NCBI GenBank assembly: GCA_022570885.1
Contig: JACZYW010000002.1
Span: 1 to 39,490 of the forward strand
From: Chloroflexota bacterium
GTDB taxonomy: Bacteria > Chloroflexota > Dehalococcoidia > DSTF01 > RBG-16-68-14
Direction of reading: 5' to 3'
Length of the DNA: 39,490 bases
Shown here: in pieces, positions 15,276 through 24,455 of the stretch
Position numbering within the stretch: the stretch's first letter is position 1
Layout of the letters: every line of letters starts with the position of its first letter
Notes under the pieces: model-generated
The model's input: only the letters and a program-made list of their open reading frames with translations
What the model was told of the DNA's origin: nothing
The model's database searches: none
Made by a program: the position numbers and the translations under genes

Positions 15276-15929
15276 ATGCCCCCTACTCTGCGCCGCCGCA
15301 AGCTCCCCTACGACGCCACAACGGCCCGCGACCACCTGCGCCGCGCCGACAGCACCATGCGCGGCATCGTCGAGCGGGTGGGGCCGCTCGCGCTGGAGCT
15401 GCGCGGCAGCCCCTACCAGTCGCTCGTGCGCGCGCTGCTCTACCAGCAGCTCGCAGGCGCGGCGGCCTCCGCGATCGAGCGTCGCTTCCTCGCCCTGTTC
15501 GGCGACCGCGTGCCGGAGCCCGAGGAGCTGCTCGCGACGGCTCCCGAAGCGCTGCGCTCGGCCGGCATCTCGCGACAGAAGACCGGCTATCTCTACAGCC
15601 TGGCCGAGCACGCGTCGGCGGGGCTGCTGGAGGCCGGAGCGCTGCGCCGAGCGTCGGACGACGAGGCGATCGAGATCGTGACGCAGATCAAGGGCGTGGG
15701 CCGCTGGACGGCGGACATGCTGCTGATGTTCTGCCTCGGCCGGCCCGACGTGCTGCCGGTCGGCGACCTAGGCGTGCAGCGGATCATGGCCGAGGCGTAT
15801 CGCCTCGACTCGCGGCCCGACGCGGACGCGATGCTCCGGATCGCGGAGCCGTGGCGGCCGTATCGCAGCGCCGGCGCCTGGTACCTCTGGCGCTACGGCG
15901 ACGTGATCACGCAGGAGAACACGCTGTAG
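15276..15929 (+). CDS. HhH-GPD DNA glycosylase (DNA-3-methyladenine glycosylase II-like)
   Basis: 217 aa. Helix-hairpin-helix IKGVGRWTADMLLMF followed by PVGDLGVQ, carrying the catalytic Asp. GC returns to the genomic level. Confidence 0.85.
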   Translation: MPPTLRRRKLPYDATTARDHLRRADSTMRGIVERVGPLALELRGSPYQSLVRALLYQQLAGAAASAIERRFLALFGDRVPEPEELLATAPEALRSAGISRQKTGYLYSLAEHASAGLLEAGALRRASDDEAIEIVTQIKGVGRWTADMLLMFCLGRPDVLPVGDLGVQRIMAEAYRLDSRPDADAMLRIAEPWRPYRSAGAWYLWRYGDVITQENTL

Positions 15930-15957
15930 ACGCAGACCGCCCTCTCCCTCCGAGGGT

Positions 15958-15987
15958 GAGGGCTTCGGCGTGAAATCAGCCGAACGG
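15958..15987. repeat. 30-nt hairpin repeat, copy 2
   Basis: GAGGGCTTCGGCGTGAAATCAGCCGAACGG, compared with copy 1 at 4727-4756. Confidence 0.8.
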
Positions 15988-16046
15988 GTGACGCTAGTCG
16001 GGGTGAGGGCTACACCCAGCGCCTCCGCGCGTACCAATCTACGCTG

Positions 16047-16096
16047 GTAGGGGCGACCATCCGGTCGCCCTGGGCGGGCAGCCGCCCGCCCCTACG
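16047..16096. repeat. 50-nt double-hairpin element, copy 1
   Basis: GTAGGGGCGACCATCCGGTCGCCCTGGGCGGGCAGCCGCCCGCCCCTACG, identical to 16746-16795. It has an outer GTAGG/CCTAC stem enclosing the hairpins GGGCGACC-atcc-GGTCGCCC and GGGCGGGC-agcc-GCCCGCCC. Confidence 0.95.
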
Positions 16097-16186
16097 TTAC
16101 GCCCGCCTCCGCGCGTATCAGGCCGCGCCGCCGAGAGCGAGACCGTGCCCGCCGCGATGCGCATAGGGCGACTACTGAGGTGGGAG

Positions 16187-16555
16187 CTATCGCACGAATC
16201 GGCTGGGGATGCGGAAGGCGCCCAGCAGCGCCAGGAGGGTCATGCAGGAGACCGAGTACGCTGAGAGCACACTCGTGAGGGCGATCGGCCGTTCGCGGGC
16301 GTAGTCCACGAGGCCGAGCTGGACGAAATCGGCGATCTGTTCTCTCAGCTCGTCCCAGCCCAGCGAGATGAGTAGCACCGCCGCCACATCGAGCACGAGG
16401 ATGGCAAACGTGAGCGTCAGGCTGGCGACGACGAGCTCCAGCGTGGGCGCCGTCGTCGTCGCGGACGGCGTGTAGTAGCGGTTGACGTAGTAGTTGATCA
16501 GCCCAGGGACGACGAACAGGCCGAGGACGAATGCCGACGTGATGAAGAAATCCAC
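16187..16555 (-). CDS. small hydrophobic membrane protein (~122 aa), unknown function
   Basis: ORF 16187..16585 trimmed to GTG 16555, which has AAGGAGG 6 nt upstream. It has several TM-like segments (FFITSAFVLGLFVVPGLI, LVVASLTLTFAILVLDVAAVLLI, VLSAYSVSCMTLLALLGAF). Confidence 0.55.
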   Translation of the reverse strand: MDFFITSAFVLGLFVVPGLINYYVNRYYTPSATTTAPTLELVVASLTLTFAILVLDVAAVLLISLGWDELREQIADFVQLGLVDYARERPIALTSVLSAYSVSCMTLLALLGAFRIPSRFVR

Positions 16556-16745
16556 AGCCGACCTCCTTGCCGGGCTCGCCTCCACCCGAGGCGCGCGCTG
16601 GCTGGCCGGATTGTAGCACGGCTGGGGCGCGCGCGGCGGCCTCGGTCACGGAGAGGAGCGTCCCAACTTGGGGCGCTCCTCGGTTAGATTACTTCGCGCC
16701 TGGAACTATCTCACCCAGCGCCGCCTTGTGTACCAGGCCGCGCTT

Positions 16746-16795
16746 GTAGGGGCGACCATCCGGTCGCCCTGGGCGGGCAGCCGCCCGCCCCTACG
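16746..16795. repeat. 50-nt double-hairpin element, copy 2
   Basis: Identical over 50 nt to 16047-16096, in the same orientation. Confidence 0.95.
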
Positions 16796-16862
16796 CGCGT
16801 ACCACCGGTCGCCGCCGAGCGCAAGAACACCCCGCCAATGAGCCCCTCGGTCTGGGAAGCGC

Positions 16863-17045
16863 CTAGCTCTTGGCCGTCTTCGCCCGAAGCCAGTACGCCC
16901 GCGAGGTCACCGTGGGGAAGCTGCGACGCTTGTTGCAGCGCTTGCAGACGCCACGGCTCATCGAACCGTTGGGCTGATTGAGGATCCAGTGATGCACGCA
17001 GCGTGCCTTCGCTGGCGCAGGCTGTCGTCCTGACATCTGTACCAT
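16863..17045 (-). CDS. small Cys/His-rich (zinc-ribbon-like) protein, 60 aa
   Basis: MVQMSGRQPAPAKARCVHHWILNQPNGSMSRGVCKRCNKRRSF..., showing a C-x-HH...C-x2-C spacing. GGGGTGG lies just upstream of the ATG. Whether it is really coding is unproven. Confidence 0.45.
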   Translation of the reverse strand: MVQMSGRQPAPAKARCVHHWILNQPNGSMSRGVCKRCNKRRSFPTVTSRAYWLRAKTAKS

Positions 17046-17210
17046 CCACCCCTACCACGCGATTTTGTGCGTGGGCACCGAGAATACCACGAATTCGCCC
17101 ATTCGTAAAGAGTCAACTAACTCAACGAATTGGCATGGCGCGAACAATGACGTGCCGGCGCCAGTGTGCTTCAGTCCTTTCGATAGTGGGTCAGTTTGTC
17201 CTATTGCACC

Positions 17211-17274
17211 TCGTAGCCGAGCCCTTCCTGGCTCAGCGGCGAGGCTAGAAAGCCCCGCCTACGGAGAAGCGCAC
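17211..17274. repeat. ~64-nt intergenic repeat, copy 1
   Basis: TCGTAGCCGAGCCCTTCCTGGCTCAGCGGCGAGGCTAGAAAGCCCCGCCTACGGAGAAGCGCAC, compared with 29969-30034 (same order and orientation, a few substitutions and small indels). Confidence 0.8.
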
Positions 17275-17360
17275 GGCTCATGTTGCATTGATGCGCCCCG
17301 CGTTTCGACCTCTCTCCGCCCGTGTGCTACAGTCGAGCGTAGGGAGTCCCCACTGCTCGT

Positions 17361-18593
17361 ATGCTCAAGCTGGAACCGTGGCGCAAGAACCTCTACGCCA
17401 TCGCCCTCTCGCAGTTCATCGGCCTCGCCGGGGCAAACCTGGTCTTTCCCTTCATACCCTTCTACGTCCAGGACCTGGGCATTACTGACAAAGGGCAGAT
17501 CGCGCTCTGGTCGGGGCTGCTGGGCACGGCCACCGGCGCCACGCTCTTCATCTTCTCGCCGATCTGGGGCACCCTAGCCGACCGCTACGGACGCAAGCCG
17601 CTGCTGCTGCGCGCCTATCTGGGCGCAACGTTGATGATGACGCTCCAGGGGTTCGCCCAGAACGTCTGGCAGCTCGCGGCGATGCGGGCGATCCAGGGCG
17701 CGTTCAGCGGCACGATCCCGGCGGCGACGGCGCTGATCGCGGCGGGGACGCCCCGCGGGCGCGTTGCCTACGCGTTGGGGCTGCTGCAGATGGCGCTCTT
17801 CACGTCGCAGTTCATCGGGCCGCTCATCGGCGGCGTCCTGGCCGCGACCATCGGCATCCGGCCCACGTTCTTCGCCGTAGGCGGCCTCTTCGTGCTCGCG
17901 TTCTTTCTCGTGCTGTTCGTCGTGGAAGAGCGCTTCGAGCCGCCGACAGCGGAGGAGCGGGGCAGCTTCATCGGCAACTTCCGAACCGTCTTCGCTCGAC
18001 GGCCGCTGATCATCATCATCGGCTTCGCGTTTCTCATCAACACGGGGCCGCCGTTCATGCGGCCCATCATCCCTCTGGTGATGGAATCGTTCGATTCGGC
18101 GACCAGCGCCGAGGTGCTCTCGGGCGTCGTCTTCGCCGCGATGGCGATCACCAGCGCGGGCGCCGCGTTCGTCTCGAGCCGCATCTCCGATCGTGTGGGG
18201 TATCGCAACGCGCTGGCGCTGACGACGGTGGGCGCGGGCGCGGCCTACCTGCTGGTAGCGGCGGCGACCAACGTGCCCAGCTTTATCCTGCTGATCGCCC
18301 TCGTCGGCCTGTTCAGCGGCGCGATGATGCCCATCGTCAACGCCCTGATCAACTCGTGGGCGCCGCCGGGCCGCGAGGCCTCGGCGTTCGGGCTATCGGG
18401 GAGCGCCCTGGCGCTCGCCTTCGCCGTCGCCCCGCTCAGCGGCGGCGTGGTGGTAGCGGCGGCCGGCGTCTCCACCAGCTTCCTCGTCATCGGGACGTTC
18501 ACGCTGGTCGTCGGCGTGGCCGTGCTCGCGTTGGTGCGCGAGGCGGACGAGGCGCCGCGACCGGCCGAAGAGCCGCGCGAGCCGCAGGCGTAG
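17361..18593 (+). CDS. MFS transporter
   Basis: 410 aa, about 12 hydrophobic segments, MFS motif A GTLADRYGRKPLLL. Confidence 0.9.
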   Translation: MLKLEPWRKNLYAIALSQFIGLAGANLVFPFIPFYVQDLGITDKGQIALWSGLLGTATGATLFIFSPIWGTLADRYGRKPLLLRAYLGATLMMTLQGFAQNVWQLAAMRAIQGAFSGTIPAATALIAAGTPRGRVAYALGLLQMALFTSQFIGPLIGGVLAATIGIRPTFFAVGGLFVLAFFLVLFVVEERFEPPTAEERGSFIGNFRTVFARRPLIIIIGFAFLINTGPPFMRPIIPLVMESFDSATSAEVLSGVVFAAMAITSAGAAFVSSRISDRVGYRNALALTTVGAGAAYLLVAAATNVPSFILLIALVGLFSGAMMPIVNALINSWAPPGREASAFGLSGSALALAFAVAPLSGGVVVAAAGVSTSFLVIGTFTLVVGVAVLALVREADEAPRPAEEPREPQA

Positions 18594-18594
18594 C

Positions 18595-19788
18595 CTACGC
18601 CCGCTCCTGGAGCAGCGTCGCGACGCGGTCCAGCACGCGCTGCGCCACCTCGTACTTGGGCAGCAGCGGCAGCGCCTCCTCCGCGCCGGAGGCGTCGATG
18701 AGCGTCACCTGGTTCGTATCGACGGCGAAGCCAGAGCCCGGCGCGGTGATGTCGTTCGCGACGATCAGGTCGAGCCGCTTCTTGGTCAGCTTGGCCCGGG
18801 CGTTGGCGATGAGGTCGTTCGTCTCGGCGGCGAAGCCCACCTTCACGATCGGCCCCTCGATCTCCAGAAAGAAGTCCTGCGTCCGCTCCAGCTTCAGCGA
18901 TATCGATCCGTCGCCTTTCTTGATCTTCTGGGTCGCGCGCTCGGCGGGCCGGAAGTCCGAGACCGCCGCCGCCATGATCACGGCGTGCGCCCCCTGGCAG
19001 GCCGCCAGCACAGCCTCGCGCATCTCGGCGACCGTCTCGACCGAGACGAGGCCGACGCCATACGGCGTGGGGAGCGTGGCGACGGTGGAGACGAGCGTCA
19101 CCGCGGCCCCGCGATCGCGCGCCGCCTCGGCTAAGGCGTAGCCCATCTTGCCGCTGGAGTAGTTGGTGATGACTCGCACCGGATCGATCGGCTCACGAGT
19201 GCCGCCGGCGCTGACGACGATCCGGCGGCCCGCCAGGTCGCCCCGCCGCCCCAGCGCTTGCTTTAGCGCGCCCACCAGCGTCTCCGTCTCGACCAGCCGG
19301 CCCAGCCCCATGCGGCCGCTGGCCAACCGCCCTTCCGCCGGCCCAACGATCTCGTATCCTCGGCCGCGCAATGTTTCCAGGTTCGCCTGGGTGGCAGCAT
19401 GCTCGAACATCTGGTGATCCATCGCCGGCGCGATGAGGACCGGCGCCTCGGTCGCGAGCACGGTCAGGCTGACCATGTCGTCGGCCAGCCCGTGGGCCAG
19501 CTTCGCGATGGTGTTGGCGCTGGCCGGCGCGACGATGACCGCAGCGGCCCGCCGGGCGATCTCGACGTGCTCCTCCGCCAGCTCCGTGCTCGGGTCGAAC
19601 ATGTCGATGAAGACCGGCCGGCCGGTGAGGCTGCGCATGGTAAGCGGCGTGACGAAGCGAGTCGCGGCCTCCGTCATGATCACGTCGACGCGGGCGCCGG
19701 CCTGCGTGAGCTTGCTAGCAAGATCCGCCGCCTTGTAGGAGGCGATGCTGCCGGTGACGCCCAGGGCGATGTGTTGGTCGTGGAGCAC
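18595..19788 (-). CDS. coaBC: bifunctional phosphopantothenoylcysteine decarboxylase / phosphopantothenate-cysteine ligase
   Basis: 397 aa. [18 protein letters not shown] (flavoprotein N-domain) and [17 protein letters not shown] (CoaB domain). Confidence 0.95.
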   Translation of the reverse strand: MLHDQHIALGVTGSIASYKAADLASKLTQAGARVDVIMTEAATRFVTPLTMRSLTGRPVFIDMFDPSTELAEEHVEIARRAAAVIVAPASANTIAKLAHGLADDMVSLTVLATEAPVLIAPAMDHQMFEHAATQANLETLRGRGYEIVGPAEGRLASGRMGLGRLVETETLVGALKQALGRRGDLAGRRIVVSAGGTREPIDPVRVITNYSSGKMGYALAEAARDRGAAVTLVSTVATLPTPYGVGLVSVETVAEMREAVLAACQGAHAVIMAAAVSDFRPAERATQKIKKGDGSISLKLERTQDFFLEIEGPIVKVGFAAETNDLIANARAKLTKKRLDLIVANDITAPGSGFAVDTNQVTLIDASGAEEALPLLPKYEVAQRVLDRVATLLQERA

Positions 19789-19792
19789 CGGC

Positions 19793-20563
19793 TTACCCTC
19801 GATTCGCCTCGTAGATAATGCGCACGCCGTGCAGCGTCAGGTCGGGATCGACCACGTCGAACACCTTCGTCTCACGCGCGATCAGCTCCGCCCAGCCGCC
19901 CGTGCCGACGACTTTGGCGTTACCGCCCAACTCATCTTTGAATCTGGCCACCATCCCCTCGATCAGGCCCACGTAGCCGAAGTACAGCCCTGACTGGACC
20001 GCGTCGACGGTATTCTTGCCGATCGCATTCGGCGGCCGGCTCAGCTCCACGGGGTAGAGCTTCGCCGCCCGCTCGTACAGCGCCTCCGCGGCGATGCCGA
20101 TGCCGGGCGCGATAGCACCGCCCAGGTAGTCACCTTCCGCGGAGATGGCATCGAAGACGAGCCCTGTACCGAGGTCGACGATGATGAGCGGCGGCGGGCC
20201 GTAACGCTGCGTCGCGGCTACGACGTCGGCGATCCGATCCGCGCCGACGTCGCGCGGGCTGTCGTACATGATGCGCACGCCGGTGCGAGTCCCCGCGCCG
20301 ATCACCAACGGCTTCACGTCTAAATGCTGTTTGCAGAACGTCTCGAACACGGGAATCAGGTCGGGCACGACACTCACCAGCGCGGCGGCGCTGATATCGC
20401 TGGCGCCCACTCCCTCCACGTTCAGCAACCCCAGGAGCAGCACCGCATACTCATCCGCCAGCCGCTGGTGATCGGTAGCGATGCGCCACGTAGCCCGCAA
20501 TCGCTCTTCCTCAAACAGGCCAATCGTAATCGTCGTATTTCCCACATCAACGGCTAACAGCAT
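19793..20563 (-). CDS. coaX: type III pantothenate kinase
   Basis: 256 aa. MLLAVDVGNTTITIGLF and DVGADRIADVVAA are typical of CoaX. Confidence 0.93.
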   Translation of the reverse strand: MLLAVDVGNTTITIGLFEEERLRATWRIATDHQRLADEYAVLLLGLLNVEGVGASDISAAALVSVVPDLIPVFETFCKQHLDVKPLVIGAGTRTGVRIMYDSPRDVGADRIADVVAATQRYGPPPLIIVDLGTGLVFDAISAEGDYLGGAIAPGIGIAAEALYERAAKLYPVELSRPPNAIGKNTVDAVQSGLYFGYVGLIEGMVARFKDELGGNAKVVGTGGWAELIARETKVFDVVDPDLTLHGVRIIYEANRG

Positions 20564-21060
20564 GTTAGACCTGTGGATTCGTCGGCGGAATGGTGATCGG
20601 GATACACATCGTCAAGCCAAGCCACTCGCTTCGTAAGTCTAGGCGAGTGAAGCATCTCCCTCCTCACGCGAACGTTCCTAAGCGCGGCTCATTATAGGCG
20701 TCCCTCCGCCGCCCCTGCAACTTTCACTCTGTGGCTTAGGAAAGGGGTGCAAATTCTTGCACGAGTCGTCATAAAAGACTTGATCCCACCCCCATACCTC
20801 GTGCTATGCTCACCATCGCCTGGGGTCGTTCTCCCCAAACCCAACGGAGCGGGTCTCCCGGTGCGGCTCGCCGCCGCCAGCCCGAACGAGTGCGTTCACC
20901 GTCCGGGCAGAAGGCACCAGCGATAAGATCGCACCGACTGGCGCCAGGCAGTTCTAGTGACTCAGCGCAGATTCATGCTAGCTTGGCTGGACGCCAGGTA
21001 TGGGAGGTGCTATCTCTCAACCAGGCCTGGGCGAGCATAGCCAAAAAGGAGGAGTCCGCC

Positions 21061-22380
21061 TTGCCCGACCGTTCACCAAAAGCGCTCTGGGAGACCGCCC
21101 TCGGTCAGCTAGAGCTCCAGGTCACCCGCCCCAACTTCGAGACCTGGCTTCGTGAAACGGTTGGCTTGCGCATCGAACATAATCGCTTCGTAGTCGGGGC
21201 GCCTTCTGACTTCGCCGTCGTCTGGCTGGAGTCGCGATTGAATCCGTTGATCAACCGCACCGTCTCGCAACTGCTCGGCGAATCGCTCCCCGTCTCCTTC
21301 GAGGTACTCGGCGCCCAGCCCGTCGCGCCCGCGGCCAGCAGCAGCCCCGCAGCCCCGTCTCCCGCCGGGCCGCCACCTCCTGACCTGAATCCCCGGCTGA
21401 CCTTCGGCACCTTCGCTGTTGTCGAAAGCAACCGGCTCGCCTACCGCGCCGCGCGCAAGGTCGCTACAGGCGAGAAGAATGGCTACAACCCACTGGTCCT
21501 CTGCGGGCCGCCCGGCCTGGGGAAGACCCACCTTCTGCACGCCATCGCGCACGAAGCAGCGGACAGCGGCAAGCACGTTGTTCTCCTCACTTGCAAGGAG
21601 TTCGCCGAACGCTACGCTACGACCGTCCGCGAAGGACATCGACACGAATTCCTCGACACGTATCGCCGCGTCGACGTACTGCTACTCGACGATCTTCAGT
21701 TTCTTACCACGCGGCCGGGCTCGCAGGAACAGTTCTTCCACATCTTCAACGACCTCTACTCGAACGATCGCCTTCTCGTCCTTACCAGCGCTGCGCCGCC
21801 ACAGGCGCTCGATGGTCTATCTCTACACCTTAGCTCTCGCCTCCAGGCCGGCCTTACGGTGACAGTACAGCTCCCCCCACATGAAGAGCGTTTGGAGATT
21901 CTGCTCGCAAAGGTAGCGGATCTCAAGAACGCCCCGCCTGAGCCAATCCTACGGCTTATCGCTCGGCAAGACTGCCAGCATATCCGCGAGATGGAAGGCG
22001 CCCTTAACCGTGTTGTCGCGTATGCCGACCTAACTGGAAAGCCCTATACCATCGAGCTAGCAAAGCAAGCATTGACGCCTCTCCACGAATCTTCATCCCG
22101 CCCAGAGCCGGACGAAATTCTTAAAGCCGTCTGCAAACACTTCCATCTCCCGCTCAGTCAAATCACCGGCCCTTCTCGCGCCCGTGACATCACCTACGCT
22201 CGCCACATCGCGATGTATCTCCTGCGGCACTCCTCTCAGCGCCCGCTCGCAGAGATCGGCAAACTTCTCGGCAACCGCGATCACTCCACAGTCCTCAGCG
22301 GCTGCCGTCGCATCACGCGCGAGCTAACATCTCTACCCCAAACACACACAGATATCCAACAGCTCGAAGCTGCCCTTTAG
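21061..22380 (+). CDS. dnaA: chromosomal replication initiator protein DnaA
   Basis: ORF 20806..22380 trimmed to the in-frame TTG 21061, preceded by AAAAAGGAGG plus 8 nt. Walker A GPPGLGKTHLLHAI, DVLLLDDLQFL, and the C-terminal DNA-binding ARHIAMYLLRH...DHSTVLSG. Confidence 0.95.
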   Translation: MPDRSPKALWETALGQLELQVTRPNFETWLRETVGLRIEHNRFVVGAPSDFAVVWLESRLNPLINRTVSQLLGESLPVSFEVLGAQPVAPAASSSPAAPSPAGPPPPDLNPRLTFGTFAVVESNRLAYRAARKVATGEKNGYNPLVLCGPPGLGKTHLLHAIAHEAADSGKHVVLLTCKEFAERYATTVREGHRHEFLDTYRRVDVLLLDDLQFLTTRPGSQEQFFHIFNDLYSNDRLLVLTSAAPPQALDGLSLHLSSRLQAGLTVTVQLPPHEERLEILLAKVADLKNAPPEPILRLIARQDCQHIREMEGALNRVVAYADLTGKPYTIELAKQALTPLHESSSRPEPDEILKAVCKHFHLPLSQITGPSRARDITYARHIAMYLLRHSSQRPLAEIGKLLGNRDHSTVLSGCRRITRELTSLPQTHTDIQQLEAAL

Positions 22381-22462
22381 CCCAATCCAGCCACGAGCTC
22401 CACTCAAACCACTTTCCCCAATTCACACAGGCTTACTAGTAGTAATAAGGTAATCTCTTATT

Positions 22463-23719
22463 ATGCTGACTGAAGTAACAGTAATCTTTACGGGCGGTCA
22501 CGGCGGTTCTGGGAAAGTTAGCTTTCGCCGTGAGCGTTACGTGCCGCGTGGTGGGCCGGACGGCGGCGATGGCGGCGATGGCGGAAGCGTCGTATTGGTT
22601 GCGGATGAATCTACTCGAATGTTGGATGACCTGCGACGCCAACCGGAGCTTCGAGCGGAAGCGGGCCAGGACGGGGGCGAGGCGAAGCGACACGGGAAGA
22701 ATGGCCAAGACGAAGTAATTCAGGTCCCGGTTGGGACGTTAATCTGGCTCGAAGAGGAGCAGATCGCAGATTTAGCTCGCCAGGGAATGAGCATCATGGT
22801 GGCGAAAGGCGGAAAAGGCGGTCGCGGAAACGCGCGGTTCGCAAGATCAACGCGGCAGGCTCCGCGTATTGCGGAGCGAGGTCTAGCCGGCGAGAGCAGA
22901 CAGTTTCGGCTGGAGCTACGGCTGATCGCCGATGCCGGCTTAGTTGGCCTACCAAACGCCGGCAAATCGACGCTGCTGCGCGCAGTATCGCAAGCGCAGC
23001 CGGCGATCGGAGCGTACCCATTTACCACACTCGAGCCGTATCTAGGAATCGTCGAGGTGGGCTACGAGACGTTTGTGATGGCCGATATTCCCGGGCTGAT
23101 CGAGGGCGCGCACGAGGGTACAGGCCTGGGTATCGACTTCCTACAGCACATTCGCCGCACGCGAGTGCTCGTTCATGTTGTCGACGGTGGAGCAGTCGAT
23201 CCAGTCGCCGACATCGATATCGTCCGAAAGGAAGTTGCCGCGTTCGGACAAGGCGTAGCGGAGAAGCCGTGGATTGTGGCGCTAAACAAGCTCGATCTGC
23301 CAGCGGCGAAAGAACAAGAGAAGAAAATAACAAGCATGCTGGAGCAACGCGATATCGAGGTGTATAGCATCTCAGCAACCAACAGCGAGGGGACGGCACA
23401 GCTCGCGGAGCGGCTGTTGCAATTGATCCGGGCAGAGCAGGCGCGAGCCGCAGCGCAGACGGTGGTGGAGCCACCAACGCTTCGACCGGAACCGCAGGTT
23501 CGGAAGTTTAGGATCGTGCGGCTGAAGCGCGGCTTCGCGGTACGCGGAACAGCGGCGAGCGAGATCGTCGAAATGCTCGGCCTCGAGTCGGAGGAAGCGC
23601 GGCTCGAAGTGATGCGCCGGTTGCGTAGGATAGGCGTCGTGTCCGCGCTGGTGAAGGCGGGGATAGAGCCCGGCGACCGCGTGCGGATCGGCGGAGAGGA
23701 GATGGAGTGGCCGGCATAA
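22463..23719 (+). CDS. obg: GTPase Obg/CgtA
   Basis: 418 aa. GGPDGGDGGDGGSV (Obg fold); G1 GLPNAGKST, G3 DIPGLIEGA, G4 NKLD. Confidence 0.95.
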   Translation: MLTEVTVIFTGGHGGSGKVSFRRERYVPRGGPDGGDGGDGGSVVLVADESTRMLDDLRRQPELRAEAGQDGGEAKRHGKNGQDEVIQVPVGTLIWLEEEQIADLARQGMSIMVAKGGKGGRGNARFARSTRQAPRIAERGLAGESRQFRLELRLIADAGLVGLPNAGKSTLLRAVSQAQPAIGAYPFTTLEPYLGIVEVGYETFVMADIPGLIEGAHEGTGLGIDFLQHIRRTRVLVHVVDGGAVDPVADIDIVRKEVAAFGQGVAEKPWIVALNKLDLPAAKEQEKKITSMLEQRDIEVYSISATNSEGTAQLAERLLQLIRAEQARAAAQTVVEPPTLRPEPQVRKFRIVRLKRGFAVRGTAASEIVEMLGLESEEARLEVMRRLRRIGVVSALVKAGIEPGDRVRIGGEEMEWPA

Positions 23720-24315
23720 GGCTGGGCGTCCTAGGTGGCACGTTCGACCCGGTGCACATCGGCCACCTGGCGCTAGCAGAGCAGGCGCTCGAGCAGTTGG
23801 AGTTGGAGCGAGTGCTCTGGGTGCCCAGCGGCGATCCTTGGCGCAAGGCGGACCGGGCGGTGACGCCCGCGGAGCACCGCGCCGCGATGGTGCGGCTGGC
23901 GATCGAAGGACACGCGTCGTACGAACTGAGCCTGTTGGAGATCGAGCGCTCAGGGCCATCCTATAGCATCGAGACGCTGGCTGAACTCCTGCGCGTTGAG
24001 CCAGACCGCGAGCTGTTCCTCTTGCTGGGGCTGGACGCGCTGGAGGATCTGCCGAACTGGCGTGAGCCTGCGCGGCTCATCGAGCTGGCGACGCTGGCCG
24101 TGGCGGCTCGCGGCGGCAGGCAGCCCGCGCCCGATGAGCTTGACCGGCTGGTGCCCGGCTTAGGCGGGCGCGTCGTCTGGCTGGAGATGCCACACATCGA
24201 TGTCAGCGCGACGGAGCTGCGCAGGCTGGCGGCGGAAGGAGCGGATCTGCGCGACCGCACACCAGCCTCGGTGGAGGCGTATATCCGCGAACATCGGCTC
24301 TATCGTCGAGACTAG
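23707..24315 (+). CDS. nadD: nicotinate-nucleotide adenylyltransferase
   Basis: 202 aa. GVLGGTFDPVHIGHL motif. Overlaps the obg 3' end by 13 nt. Confidence 0.93.
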   Translation: MAGIRLGVLGGTFDPVHIGHLALAEQALEQLELERVLWVPSGDPWRKADRAVTPAEHRAAMVRLAIEGHASYELSLLEIERSGPSYSIETLAELLRVEPDRELFLLLGLDALEDLPNWREPARLIELATLAVAARGGRQPAPDELDRLVPGLGGRVVWLEMPHIDVSATELRRLAAEGADLRDRTPASVEAYIREHRLYRRD

Positions 24316-24455
24316 CTGCTCGCGGGCTTCACGACGCTGACGTAACCTGCCGCGGCGGTTCGCTTGCCCGCTATCCGGCAGGTGGTATCCTGGGACGTGC
24401 GCGGGGGAGAACAGCAGAACAAAGGAGGCCCAAGCTGCGTCAGGTCGGCTTAATC

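Noticed and set aside
20806-21060. 85-codon N-terminal extension of dnaA given by the ORF track
   Set aside because: The extension is Arg/Ser/Pro-rich and not DnaA-like. An in-frame TTG at 21061 is preceded by AAAAAGGAGG at good spacing, and the product then begins just before the conserved domain I (LWETALGQLELQV...).
24316-24455. Possible riboswitch (for example the c-di-AMP/ydaO type) upstream of the M23 peptidase gene, and likewise upstream of the 3D-domain gene (29889-30130)
   Set aside because: I could not recognise conserved riboswitch cores by eye. The 3D-domain upstream region is explained by a promoter close to the start plus dispersed repeats. A covariance-model scan (Rfam/Infernal) would be needed to exclude this properly.
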